Shown here piece after piece: positions 42,192 through 50,477 of a DNA stretch of 64,000 bases. The DNA is from Candidatus Segetimicrobium genomatis (lineage in GTDB: Bacteria > Sysuimicrobiota > Sysuimicrobiia > Sysuimicrobiales > Segetimicrobiaceae): contig VBAK01000108.1 in NCBI GenBank assembly GCA_005882275.1, positions 3,317 through 67,316 of the forward strand, given 5' to 3'. A program made the position numbers and the translations under genes. The stretch's first letter is position 1. Every line of letters starts with the position of its first letter. A model generated the notes under the pieces. The model was not told the DNA's origin. It did no database searches and worked only from the letters and a program-made list of their open reading frames with translations.

Positions 42192-42313
42192 ACGGCAGGC
42201 AGAGGTTGCCCCCTCCGGGGACTCCAAACCGACGTAGAGATGACGGCAAGCAGAGGTTGCCCCCTGCGGGGACTCCAAACCGACGTAGAGATGACGGCAA
42301 GCAGAGGTTGCCC
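42192..42313 (+). repeat. 51-bp tandem repeat, 2.4 copies (locus R1 of a dispersed element family)
   Basis: Units at 42192-42242 and 42243-42293 differ at 2 positions. A 20-nt partial third unit runs to 42313. Unit: acggcaagcagaggttgccccctgcggggactccaaaccgacgtagagatg. Confidence 0.9.
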
Positions 42314-42376
42314 ACCGGAATCAGGCAGCGGCGGACACACGTTATCGTGTACAGAGAGAACACGGGGGAGAACCAT

Positions 42377-43597
42377 ATGTGCAGCATCCGGGTAGAAACC
42401 CTGCAGGGGATGCCGGTGAGTGAATTGCAGGTCGAGATGGTGGAGCGCAAGGGGATCGGCCACCCCGACTCGATCTGCGATGCCATTATGGACCGCGTGT
42501 CGATCGAGCTCAGCAAAGAATACGTGAGCCAGTTTGGCCGGATCCTCCACCACAACATCGACAAGGCCTTTCTCGTGGCGGGGGACGCCGAGGTCCGGTT
42601 CGGCGGCGGTATCGTCCGCGAGCCGATGAAGCTCATCTTTGGCGATCGGGCCACCGATGGGCTCAACGGCCGGGAGGTGCCGATTCGGGAGATCGCGATC
42701 CGGACGGCGAAGAACTGGCTGCGCGAGAATCTCCGGTTCGTGGATCCGGGCGGACCCGACACGATGGACGGTCCACATATGACGTACCAGTTGGAGATCA
42801 AGCCGGGGTCGGCCGAGCTCGTGGACATCTTCAGCCGGTCGACCATTGGCGCCAACGACACGTCCGCGGCGGTCGGGTATTGGCCGATGACCGAGACGGA
42901 GCGCCTGGTTCGCGAGACGGAGCAGTTCATCAATTCCCGGACCTTCAAAGAGGAGTTCCCGGAGGCCGGCGAGGACGTCAAAGTGATGGGCGTCCGGCTG
43001 GGACGCGAACTCCGTCTCACCTCGGCTGTGGCGTTCGTGGACCGCTTCATCGAGAGCGAGGCCCAGTATTTCCGCCGCAAGCAGCAGATCTACGAAGCCG
43101 TGATGGCGTTCCTCTCGAAGCGGACGACGATGGACAAGATCATCTTCGACCTGAACACCCTCGACGAGCCGGGACGGGGCGTCGGCGGCATCTACCTCTC
43201 GGTGCTGGGGACCTCCGCGGAATCCGGGGACAGCGGTCAGATCGGCCGGGGCAACAAGGTCAACGGCGTCATCTCGATCAACCGCCCGATGGGGACCGAG
43301 GCGGCCGCCGGCAAGAACCCGGTGTCGCACGTGGGCAAGATCTACTCGGTGTTCACCCACCAGGTCGCGCAGAAGGTGGCCGAGGAGGTCCCGGGCGTCC
43401 GCGAAGTGTACATCTGGATGGTCAGCCAGATCGGCAAGCCGATCAATGAACCCGTGACGGCCGCCCAGGTCATTGTCGCGAAGGGGGCCCGGAAGAGCGC
43501 GGTGGAGCGGCACGTCCACGAGGTCGTGGAGCGCGAGCTGGCCGGGATCCAGGTGTTCTGCCGGGACCTCGCCGCGGGCAAGTACAGCATCTGCTGA
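42377..43597 (+). CDS. Archaeal-type S-adenosylmethionine synthetase (methionine adenosyltransferase, PF01941-like)
   Basis: VERKGIGHPDSICDAI, ILHHNIDKA, ANDTSAAVGYWPMTETERLV, GTSAESGDSGQIGRGNKVNG, AAGKNPVSHVGKIY, SQIGKPINEP match the archaeal MAT family, not bacterial MetK. GGGGGAG SD 6 nt before the ATG. Confidence 0.88.
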   Translation: MCSIRVETLQGMPVSELQVEMVERKGIGHPDSICDAIMDRVSIELSKEYVSQFGRILHHNIDKAFLVAGDAEVRFGGGIVREPMKLIFGDRATDGLNGREVPIREIAIRTAKNWLRENLRFVDPGGPDTMDGPHMTYQLEIKPGSAELVDIFSRSTIGANDTSAAVGYWPMTETERLVRETEQFINSRTFKEEFPEAGEDVKVMGVRLGRELRLTSAVAFVDRFIESEAQYFRRKQQIYEAVMAFLSKRTTMDKIIFDLNTLDEPGRGVGGIYLSVLGTSAESGDSGQIGRGNKVNGVISINRPMGTEAAAGKNPVSHVGKIYSVFTHQVAQKVAEEVPGVREVYIWMVSQIGKPINEPVTAAQVIVAKGARKSAVERHVHEVVERELAGIQVFCRDLAAGKYSIC

Positions 43598-43737
43598 CAC
43601 GGCCGGGGTCATTCCCGGCGATTCGCGAAGCGCCCGCGGCGCTCCGGGGTGCCTGTTCCCTATTTCCCGTGCGGACGTCCTGATCGCGCCGGCCCTCTCC
43701 TGGCGTTCAGTGGCGCATGACCCGCGCCGCAGGTGAC

Positions 43738-43767
43738 TTGACAGGCGCGCGGGGTGGAGACAACAAT
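43738..43767 (+). promoter_or_regulatory. Candidate promoter for the FmdB-MoxR-vWA operon (TTGACA-18-AACAAT)
   Basis: Consensus -35 at 43738-43743. Weak -10. About 50 nt upstream of the TTG start at 43816. Confidence 0.35.
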
Positions 43768-43815
43768 AAGGTAGCGGCACAAGTGAGCAGTGACGCAGAG
43801 GTCAGGTGAGGTGGT

Positions 43816-44166
43816 TTGCCAACATACGAATATCGCTGTACACGATGCAAGCATCAGTTTGAGGTGGTGCACGCGGTGGGCGACACGGTCGATCGCTGCG
43901 AACGGTGCGGGGGTCCGGCGCGCCGGGTGTTTTCCGCGCCCGCCTTGATCTTCAAGGGGCCCGGATTCCACATCAACGATTACCGCAAGACTCCCCGGCC
44001 GTCCGACGGAGACGGCAAGGCGTCGGCCAAGACGTCCACGGACACGGACAAGAGCGCATCCTCGGCGACGTCCACCGGCAAAGGCGCGTCGAAAAGCTCC
44101 TCGAAAGGCTCCTCCAAGGATTCCTCCCCAGCCTCCGGGTCGGGAGGCGACACCAAGGCCTCATAA
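43816..44166 (+). CDS. FmdB-family zinc-ribbon protein with Ser/Lys/Gly-rich tail
   Basis: (M)PTYEYRCTRCKHQFEV...DRCERCGGPARRVFSAP is the CxxC-CxxC FmdB signature. The C-terminal about 55 aa are low complexity. Confidence 0.8.
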   Translation: MPTYEYRCTRCKHQFEVVHAVGDTVDRCERCGGPARRVFSAPALIFKGPGFHINDYRKTPRPSDGDGKASAKTSTDTDKSASSATSTGKGASKSSSKGSSKDSSPASGSGGDTKAS

Positions 44167-44167
44167 C

Positions 44168-46090
44168 TTGATGCGGCGGGCGAGGGCGTGGCGGTCCGGC
44201 CATGCCCTCCTCGTGCTTTGCGGGCTCGCGTTGCTCTACCGGCCCGCGGTGTTCTTCCCTCCTCCGCCGCTTGCCCACGCCCGGGCGGCGTCCTCCTCCG
44301 GAGCGGACCGACGGCTCGATGTCCGGCTGGGTTTTGGCGGAATCGTGAAGATCGGTGTGCCGCTTCCCCTCGAGGTCGTGCTGCCTCCGCTGCCTGCCTC
44401 GGGCCCCGCGGAGATGGTCGTCGACGCGCCGGCCCTCGGCCCCCAGGCGGGACAGGTCGTGACCACGACCGCCGTCCCGTTCGAGTCGGTGGCGGACACG
44501 GTCCGGGTGGTTGAGGCGCCGGTCGTGATCAGTGACCCCCGGCGCCCATTGAAGGTCCGGGTGACGGTGCGCGGGCAGCAGGTGCTCGGGACCTCCGCGG
44601 CCGTCTCGCCCGAGCACGTCGGCGGCCGCCTGGTGGTGGCGGTCTCCGACGACCCCACGGGACTTGCGGCGCTGCACCGGCTTCCCGGGCGCGTGGCGGT
44701 CGCCTACGTCACCGCGGAGGCGCTGCCGCGGCGCTGGCAGGAGTACGCCGCGGTGGATCTCCTCGTGATCCGGGACCTCGATCCGGCGGCCCTCGATGCC
44801 GCCCAACAACAGGCGCTCCTCCGATGGGTGCGCCTGGGCGGGCGCCTCCTGGTGGTTGCGCGATCCGCGGCGGCCGCGCAGAGCGCGGAGACGGCAGGAT
44901 CGCCGGGCGGGCGCGGGCCGGCCTTGCCCGCGGCCCTCGATCCTCTCCTCCCGGCGGATGTCGGGCCCGTTCGGGCGCTGCCATCGGCCGCCGGGCTTGC
45001 CGGGCACTACGGGGGCACCATGCCCTCCGGCCCGCTGACGGTCGCGACGCTGCGGCCCCGAGCGGGGGCGGGGCACGTCGATCTGAGCGGCGTCCCGGTG
45101 ATCGCGTCCGCAGGCCCGGGACCGGGGGTGGGGCAGGTGATCATCTGGGGCTTCGATCCGTGGCGGCCGCCGCTCGCGGAGTGGAGCGGCCGCCTGCGGC
45201 TGTGGGAGGAGGCGCTGGGGAGCGAGCCCGCGCCGCGCGTCGATGCGGAGGGGCTGGCCGCGCGTCTGGCGGCAGGCACGCCGCTCGATCCCGCGGTGCA
45301 CGCGCAGGTCCTCGGCGCGATCCTCCTCTACGTCGCGCTGCTGCTGGGCCTGCGCCGTTGGAAACCGACGGTCGCAGGGGCGGCGGCTGCGCTGCTCATC
45401 GTGCTCGCCGCGCTGGGGGCGTTTCCGGTCCTCGCCGGGATGGTCCGCGACCGTTCGGCAACGCTGGCGCAGGTGACCATCATCGAGCCCGGGGGTGGGG
45501 CAGGGAGCGCGCGCGCCACGACCGTCGCCGCGGTCGCGGTGCCGTACGGCGGCCGTTACCGTGTCACGGCCGCCCCCGCGGAGATGCTCGCCGAACCGCT
45601 GACTCCGGCGAGCGACCTGCGGGTCGTTCTCGGCCGCGCCGGCTCTGAGCTCACGGGGGTGCTGCGCTCCGGCGATCCGCCGCGCCCGTTTCTGGCGGTC
45701 GGCGCGATCCCTCTGTCCGCCTCCGCGGTGCTCTCCCGTGACGGGCGCAGCCTCGCGGTGGATCTGGGACCCCTCCGCGCCAGCCGTGTGGAGCTCCGAT
45801 GGCGCGACCGGCTCTACCCGCTGGCCGATCTTCCCGCCGGCCGCACCCTGCGCGACCTCCGGCCCGACGGATGGATCGCCGCTGCCTCAGACGGGCGGCC
45901 GTCGTCGGATTGGTCGGCGCGCGTGCGGGACGTGATCTTTGAGGGGGCTGGGGCCGATGCTATACTGAAAGGCGCAACACCGGTGCTGGCCGGTGAGCTC
46001 GACGGCATCGCGCCGGTGTTCACGCTCGGAGGCGCGGGAGCGCCGGGCCAGCGGCTGACCGTCCTGCTGGTACCCCTGGAGCGGAGGTAG
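44168..46090 (+). CDS. Hypothetical membrane-anchored protein (640 aa), first large gene of the MoxR operon
   Basis: Starts 1 nt after the FmdB stop. N-terminal signal/TM segment and central TM pair (AILLYVALLLGL, ALLIVLAALGAFPVLAG). The segment DLLVIRDLD...LLRWVRLGGRLLVVA resembles GATase1-like DUF4350/GldG-type domains (inference). Confidence 0.65.
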   Translation: MMRRARAWRSGHALLVLCGLALLYRPAVFFPPPPLAHARAASSSGADRRLDVRLGFGGIVKIGVPLPLEVVLPPLPASGPAEMVVDAPALGPQAGQVVTTTAVPFESVADTVRVVEAPVVISDPRRPLKVRVTVRGQQVLGTSAAVSPEHVGGRLVVAVSDDPTGLAALHRLPGRVAVAYVTAEALPRRWQEYAAVDLLVIRDLDPAALDAAQQQALLRWVRLGGRLLVVARSAAAAQSAETAGSPGGRGPALPAALDPLLPADVGPVRALPSAAGLAGHYGGTMPSGPLTVATLRPRAGAGHVDLSGVPVIASAGPGPGVGQVIIWGFDPWRPPLAEWSGRLRLWEEALGSEPAPRVDAEGLAARLAAGTPLDPAVHAQVLGAILLYVALLLGLRRWKPTVAGAAAALLIVLAALGAFPVLAGMVRDRSATLAQVTIIEPGGGAGSARATTVAAVAVPYGGRYRVTAAPAEMLAEPLTPASDLRVVLGRAGSELTGVLRSGDPPRPFLAVGAIPLSASAVLSRDGRSLAVDLGPLRASRVELRWRDRLYPLADLPAGRTLRDLRPDGWIAAASDGRPSSDWSARVRDVIFEGAGADAILKGATPVLAGELDGIAPVFTLGGAGAPGQRLTVLLVPLERR

Positions 46091-46103
46091 GCAGGAGGGC
46101 GCC

Positions 46104-46808
46104 GTGGGGAATCCGGTGTTGCGTGGGGATCTCCGGGCCCGAAGCCGAAGCCCCAAAGTCTGGGTCCTCGAGGCCGTCTACCTCGGCGTCCTCGGGGCCC
46201 TGGTGTTCCTGGGTCTCCCGCCGGAACTCGGACGGCTCGCGGGATCGCGCGACCCCAGCCTGTCCGTGGCGGTGCTCTGGGTCCAGATCGTGCTCCTCAC
46301 CTATTACGCGTCCGCGTGTCTCGCCCAGGAGATCCTGGTGGAAGGCGAGAAGGCGGCGGTCGATCTCGTCTTCGCGCCGTTCCCGGCCGCAGTGATCGTC
46401 GGCGGCAAGAGTCTGTCGTCCCTCGTCACGATCCTCTACTGGCTGCTGCTCGGGGCTCCGCTGCTCGTCCTGACCGCGGCGATCCGGCAGATCCCGATCG
46501 GCTCGCTGCTCTCCGCGGCGGGGCTGATCGCCGTGGTCGCCTGGGGCATCGGGCAGATGGGCCTCCTGTACAGCGTGCTCTTCGAGGCGGAGTTTTCGCG
46601 GACGGTGGCCCACTGGATGACGCTGCTGGCGATCTTTGCCGGCACCACCCTTCTTCCATCTTCGCTGCGGTCGCTGAATCCGGTCGAGGCCACCACGGCG
46701 GCGGCGGGCGGGTTCCCGCCGGCCATCGCGGTCGCGGCGTATGCGGGGCTGGGGGCGTTCTGCGGGCTCTGGACCTGGGGGCGACTGCGGAGGCTGGCGG
46801 CGGCATGA
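46104..46808 (+). CDS. Polytopic membrane protein, ABC-2/GldF-like permease resemblance
   Basis: AGGAGGG SD before GTG 46104. About 6 hydrophobic segments. N-terminus NPVLRGDLRARSRS resembles ABC-2 type permeases (weak, from memory). Confidence 0.6.
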   Translation: MGNPVLRGDLRARSRSPKVWVLEAVYLGVLGALVFLGLPPELGRLAGSRDPSLSVAVLWVQIVLLTYYASACLAQEILVEGEKAAVDLVFAPFPAAVIVGGKSLSSLVTILYWLLLGAPLLVLTAAIRQIPIGSLLSAAGLIAVVAWGIGQMGLLYSVLFEAEFSRTVAHWMTLLAIFAGTTLLPSSLRSLNPVEATTAAAGGFPPAIAVAAYAGLGAFCGLWTWGRLRRLAAA

Positions 46809-48379
46809 CGCGCGAAGCCGAACTCCTCGGGCGCCTGCTCGGCCGCGTGCAGCGGCGGTTGGCCGTCGACCGCGCGCTCCGCTGGGTCGCGCGGACCGCC
46901 GCCGTGACGGCGTGGTCGACCCTGGGGTGGGCGCTGGCCACGATGGCCGTGCCGATACGGTTTCCCATTCGCGCGGTGGTGGCGGTGGAAGCGGCGGGCC
47001 TCGTCGCCGGCCTGGCGCTGCTGGTCCGGCTGCGCCGTCCCGGGATGCTTGCGGCGGCTCGATGGACGGACCGGCGGCTCGGGCTGGCAGACCGCCTGAG
47101 CACGGCCGTGGAGCTCCTTGCCGCCGCTCCGGCGGCCGCGGGGCCCGGCGGGATGGCGCGCCTCCAGATCGCTGATGCCGCGGAGGTCGCGCAGGGGATC
47201 GTCCCGCGCGCGGCCGCGCCGGTTGCGGTCCCGAAGGAGAGCTGGATGATCGTGGCGTGCGCGGTCGGTCTCGTCCTGTGGGCGCAGTTCCTCCAGGGCT
47301 GGACGATTCCCGGCTGGCCGGCCGCCCGCACTGCCGCGGTGATCCACAGCGAAGGCCGCGCGCTCGTGACGATCGCCCGGCAGCTCGACGCGGCGGCGCA
47401 AACACGCGGGCTTCCGGAGGCCCGCCGGACCGCACCGCAGCTCCGGGACCTCGGACGGAGGTTCCTGGGCGCGCGCATCTCCCGCGAGGAGGCGTTGGGT
47501 CTCCTCGGGGAGGCGACCCGCCGGCTCGAGACGGCGCAGAACCGGATCGAGCGCCGCATCGCGGCCGCAGGGTCCCGGGGAACATCCGGCGCGCGCGATG
47601 CGCGCGCGCCGGCGATTCCCGCCGGGCCCGAGCGTTTCCAGCAGGCGATACGCGAATTGGAAACGCTGGCGGACGCGCTCCAAAGCCGGAGCGCGCCGGA
47701 AGCCCGCGAAGACCTCTCGCGGCGCTTGAGCCGGTTGTCCGAGTCGCTGGACGACATGAACGCGCCCGCCTCTTCCCGGCGCAGTCTCGAGGCGGCGCGC
47801 CGCGACGTGGAGCTCGGCCGGCTGCCGGCGGGGGCCACGGCGCTCGGCGACGCCGCTGCGGATCTTCGGAGTCTCGAGCGGATGCTGGGGGATGCGCAGG
47901 CGCTCGGCGAGGCGCAGCGGCAGGTGCAGACCTCCGCGGACCGGATCGCCCGAGGAGGGCCGCTCGGCGGCAGCGCCGCGACGACAGAACCATCTCCGGC
48001 GGAGCCCGTGACGGCGCCGGCCGCGGCGGGCCCCAACCCCGTGACGCCGGGTGCGGAGGCCGGCGCGCCTCCGCCGCCCGGGCCCAACCAGGGGAGCCTG
48101 CCGGGCGAGGGGCGCGGACCGGCTCCGGGCGCGCCGACCCGGCGGCCCGGGGTGACCCCAATCGAGAAGCACCTGACCGGCAGGCAAGGCGAGGGACCGG
48201 CGGCGGCGCGAGACCTGCTGGCGCCCGGGCGGATGGGATCCCCGCGCATCCCGGCGGCTCCGGTGCCGGCGGATGTGGCGCACGAGAACGATCGCGCGCT
48301 CGGCCAGGAGCCCATTCCGCCCGCCTACCTGACCATGATTCGCCGGTACTTCGAAACCTTGGGGACCGCCGCCCCATGA
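46805..48379 (+). CDS. Hypothetical membrane protein (524 aa) with coiled-coil and Pro/Ala-rich regions
   Basis: ATGA overlap with the upstream stop. Two N-terminal TM segments plus a third. C-terminal motif IPPAYLTMIRRYFETL. The upstream part of the 46316 ORF overlaps the previous gene in another frame. Confidence 0.6.
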   Translation: MTREAELLGRLLGRVQRRLAVDRALRWVARTAAVTAWSTLGWALATMAVPIRFPIRAVVAVEAAGLVAGLALLVRLRRPGMLAAARWTDRRLGLADRLSTAVELLAAAPAAAGPGGMARLQIADAAEVAQGIVPRAAAPVAVPKESWMIVACAVGLVLWAQFLQGWTIPGWPAARTAAVIHSEGRALVTIARQLDAAAQTRGLPEARRTAPQLRDLGRRFLGARISREEALGLLGEATRRLETAQNRIERRIAAAGSRGTSGARDARAPAIPAGPERFQQAIRELETLADALQSRSAPEAREDLSRRLSRLSESLDDMNAPASSRRSLEAARRDVELGRLPAGATALGDAAADLRSLERMLGDAQALGEAQRQVQTSADRIARGGPLGGSAATTEPSPAEPVTAPAAAGPNPVTPGAEAGAPPPPGPNQGSLPGEGRGPAPGAPTRRPGVTPIEKHLTGRQGEGPAAARDLLAPGRMGSPRIPAAPVPADVAHENDRALGQEPIPPAYLTMIRRYFETLGTAAP

Positions 48380-49395
48380 ACGATCCCGTCTCCCGCGAGG
48401 TCGAGGATCTTCGTTCCGCGTGCGAGGCGCTTCGCGGGGAACTCGCCCGGGTCATCGTCGGCCAGCGGGAAGCGCTCGACCTCGTCATCACGGCGCTGCT
48501 GGCCGGGGGGCATGTGCTCCTGGAGGGGGTCCCGGGGCTCGGGAAGACCCTTCTCGTCCGGACCCTCGCCCAGACGCTGGACCTGCGGTTCTCCCGCATC
48601 CAGTTCACGCCCGACCTCATGCCCGCCGACATCCTCGGCACCAACCTGGTCGTGCAGGACGACGCCGGCCGCCGGCGGTTCGAGTTTCAGCCCGGGCCCA
48701 TCTTCGCCCAGATCGTGCTGGCAGACGAGGTCAATCGCGCGACCCCGAAGACGCAGTCGGCGCTCCTCGAGGCGATGCAGGAACACGCCGTCACGGTCGC
48801 CGGCGAGTCGCGCCGGCTCGAGGAGCCCTTCTTCGTTCTGGCGACCCAGAACCCGATCGAGATGGAGGGCACCTATCCACTGCCGGAAGCCCAGCTCGAT
48901 CGATTCCTGCTGAAGCTTCGCGTGCCGTTCCCCGGCCTGGAGGATCTGCAGGCGATCATCGATCGGACGACGGGGCCCGACGAGCCCGCGGTGCGGCGGG
49001 TCGCCGACGGCGCGGCCGTGCGGCGGCTGCAGTTGCTGGTCCGCCAGGTCCCCGTCGCCGGCCACGTGCGCGAGTACGCGGCGCGGCTGGTGCTGGCGAC
49101 GCATCCTGAGTCGGACGGCGCCTGCGCGCTGGCCCGCCGTTTCGTCCGCCACGGAGCGAGCCCGCGCGGGATGCAGGCGTTGATCCTCGCCGGGAAAGTT
49201 CGCGCCCTCGCCCTCGGGCGGTTCAACGTCGCGATCGAAGATGTCCGCGCCCTCGCGCTGCCGGCGCTGCGCCACCGCATCATTCTGAACTTCGAGGGTG
49301 AGGCGGAGGGGGTGGATGCCGACGATGTGCTCCGGGCGGCCATGCAGGAGGTCGAGGCCCCGGATCTCCCGGCCGGGCCGCGCGAGGCGCGATGA
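48376..49395 (+). CDS. MoxR-family AAA+ ATPase
   Basis: ATGA overlap with the upstream stop. Walker A GVPGLGKT, Walker B LADEVNRATPKTQSALLEAM, ATQNPIEMEGTYPLPEAQLDRF. Confidence 0.93.
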   Translation: MNDPVSREVEDLRSACEALRGELARVIVGQREALDLVITALLAGGHVLLEGVPGLGKTLLVRTLAQTLDLRFSRIQFTPDLMPADILGTNLVVQDDAGRRRFEFQPGPIFAQIVLADEVNRATPKTQSALLEAMQEHAVTVAGESRRLEEPFFVLATQNPIEMEGTYPLPEAQLDRFLLKLRVPFPGLEDLQAIIDRTTGPDEPAVRRVADGAAVRRLQLLVRQVPVAGHVREYAARLVLATHPESDGACALARRFVRHGASPRGMQALILAGKVRALALGRFNVAIEDVRALALPALRHRIILNFEGEAEGVDADDVLRAAMQEVEAPDLPAGPREAR

Positions 49396-50477
49396 CGGTA
49401 TCGTTGCCCCCTGCGGGGACGCCAAACCAGAGTGGAGCCAGCAGCAAGCAGAGGTTGCCCCCTGCGGGGACGCCAAACCAGAGTGGAGCCAGCAGCAAGC
49501 AGAGGTTGCCCCCTGCGGGGACGCCAAACCAGAGTGGAGCCAGCAGCAAGCAGAGGTTGCCCCCTGCGGGGACGCCAAACCAGAGTGGAGCCAGCAGCAA
49601 GCAGAGGCTGCTTGATCCGGGCTTTCTCCAGAAGCTCGAGGCGCTGAGCCTGCTGAGCCGGAAGCGGGTCTGCGGCGTGCAGCGCGGGGAGCGACGCAGC
49701 ACCGCCCGCGGACGCGGCGTGGAGTTCGACGATTACCGGGCGTACCAGCCCGGCGACGACTACCGGTATATTGACTGGAACGTCGTCTCGCGCCTCGACC
49801 GCCTCTTCATCAAGCTCTTCTCCGAAGAAGAGGATCTCGACGTCCTCCTCATGGTCGATACCAGCGCGTCGATGGCGGCGGGTCATCCGAGCAAGCTGCT
49901 GCTCGCCAAGCACCTGGCCGCCGCCGTGGGCTACATCGGCCTCGCCAACCTCGACCGGGTGGGCGTCAGCGCCTTCGCCTCGACGGCCGGGGCCCGCCTG
50001 GAGCGTCTGCGGGGCCGCGCGCGGGCCGGGGACCTGCTCGGGTTCCTCGAGAAGCTCGAACCCTCCGGGGAGACCGACCTCCTGGCGGCGATGCGCCGGC
50101 AGTTGGCCGCGTCCCGCCGCCGCGGGCTGCTGGTCCTCCTGACGGATCTGTTCGATCCCCGGGGCTACGAGCGCGCGCTGCTGCTGGCCCGCGCCCGCCG
50201 GTTTCAGACGTTCCTGATCCACCTGCTGGCCGACGAAGAACTGGCTCCGCGTCTCGCCGGTGACCTCCGGCTGGTGGATGCCGAGACGGGGCGCGCGGTC
50301 GAGGTGACGGTGGATGCCGAGGCGCTGCGGGCGTACGCGGCGGCGCGCGACGCGTTCTTCCACGGCATCGAGCGGTTCTGCTTCCACCACGGCATCGACT
50401 ATCTGCGCACCACGACATCGGTCTCCGTGGAATCACTGGTCCTGCGGTGGCTGCGTCAGGGAGGGCTCGTCCGGTGA
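49392..50477 (+). CDS. DUF58-domain protein (vWA-like fold) with repeat-encoded N-terminal extension
   Basis: ATGA overlap with the MoxR stop. GVEFDDYRAYQPGDDYRYIDWNVVSR and MIDAS-like VDTSASM are DUF58 hallmarks. Residues 5-72 are (LPPAGTPNQSGASSKQR)x4. Confidence 0.85.
   Translation: MTVSLPPAGTPNQSGASSKQRLPPAGTPNQSGASSKQRLPPAGTPNQSGASSKQRLPPAGTPNQSGASSKQRLLDPGFLQKLEALSLLSRKRVCGVQRGERRSTARGRGVEFDDYRAYQPGDDYRYIDWNVVSRLDRLFIKLFSEEEDLDVLLMVDTSASMAAGHPSKLLLAKHLAAAVGYIGLANLDRVGVSAFASTAGARLERLRGRARAGDLLGFLEKLEPSGETDLLAAMRRQLAASRRRGLLVLLTDLFDPRGYERALLLARARRFQTFLIHLLADEELAPRLAGDLRLVDAETGRAVEVTVDAEALRAYAAARDAFFHGIERFCFHHGIDYLRTTTSVSVESLVLRWLRQGGLVR
49403..49606 (+). repeat. 51-bp tandem repeat, 4 perfect copies (locus R2 of the dispersed element family), in frame within the DUF58 ORF
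   Basis: Units 49403-49453, 49454-49504, 49505-49555 and 49556-49606 are identical: gttgccccctgcggggacgccaaaccagagtggagccagcagcaagcagag. Confidence 0.95.

Noticed and set aside
42314-42376. Possible SAM riboswitch or attenuator between the R1 repeats and the SAM synthetase start
   Set aside because: The only features are two mutually exclusive 5-bp hairpins (ACACG-ttat-CGTGT at 42337-42350, and CGTGT with ACACG at 42360-42364 next to the SD). That is too weak, and I see no resemblance to the SAM-I, II, V, VI or SAM/SAH consensus features I know. Left as a note only.
46020-48644. 874-aa minus-strand ORF, plus similar long antisense ORFs at 46426-48315, 46436-48283, 48873-50390, 52162-53766, 58922-60889 and elsewhere
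   Set aside because: Same reasoning: low-complexity R/P/G/A-rich translations antisense to a tightly coupled + strand operon whose products carry clear motifs (MoxR, DUF58, vWA, PP2C).
42192-49606. CRISPR array interpretation of the 51-bp repeat loci
   Set aside because: Within each locus the inter-core segments are identical, so these are simple tandem duplications. Those segments are only 15 nt, far below spacer length. Arrays have 2-4 units. No cas genes occur in the 64 kb. One array is in frame inside a coding region.
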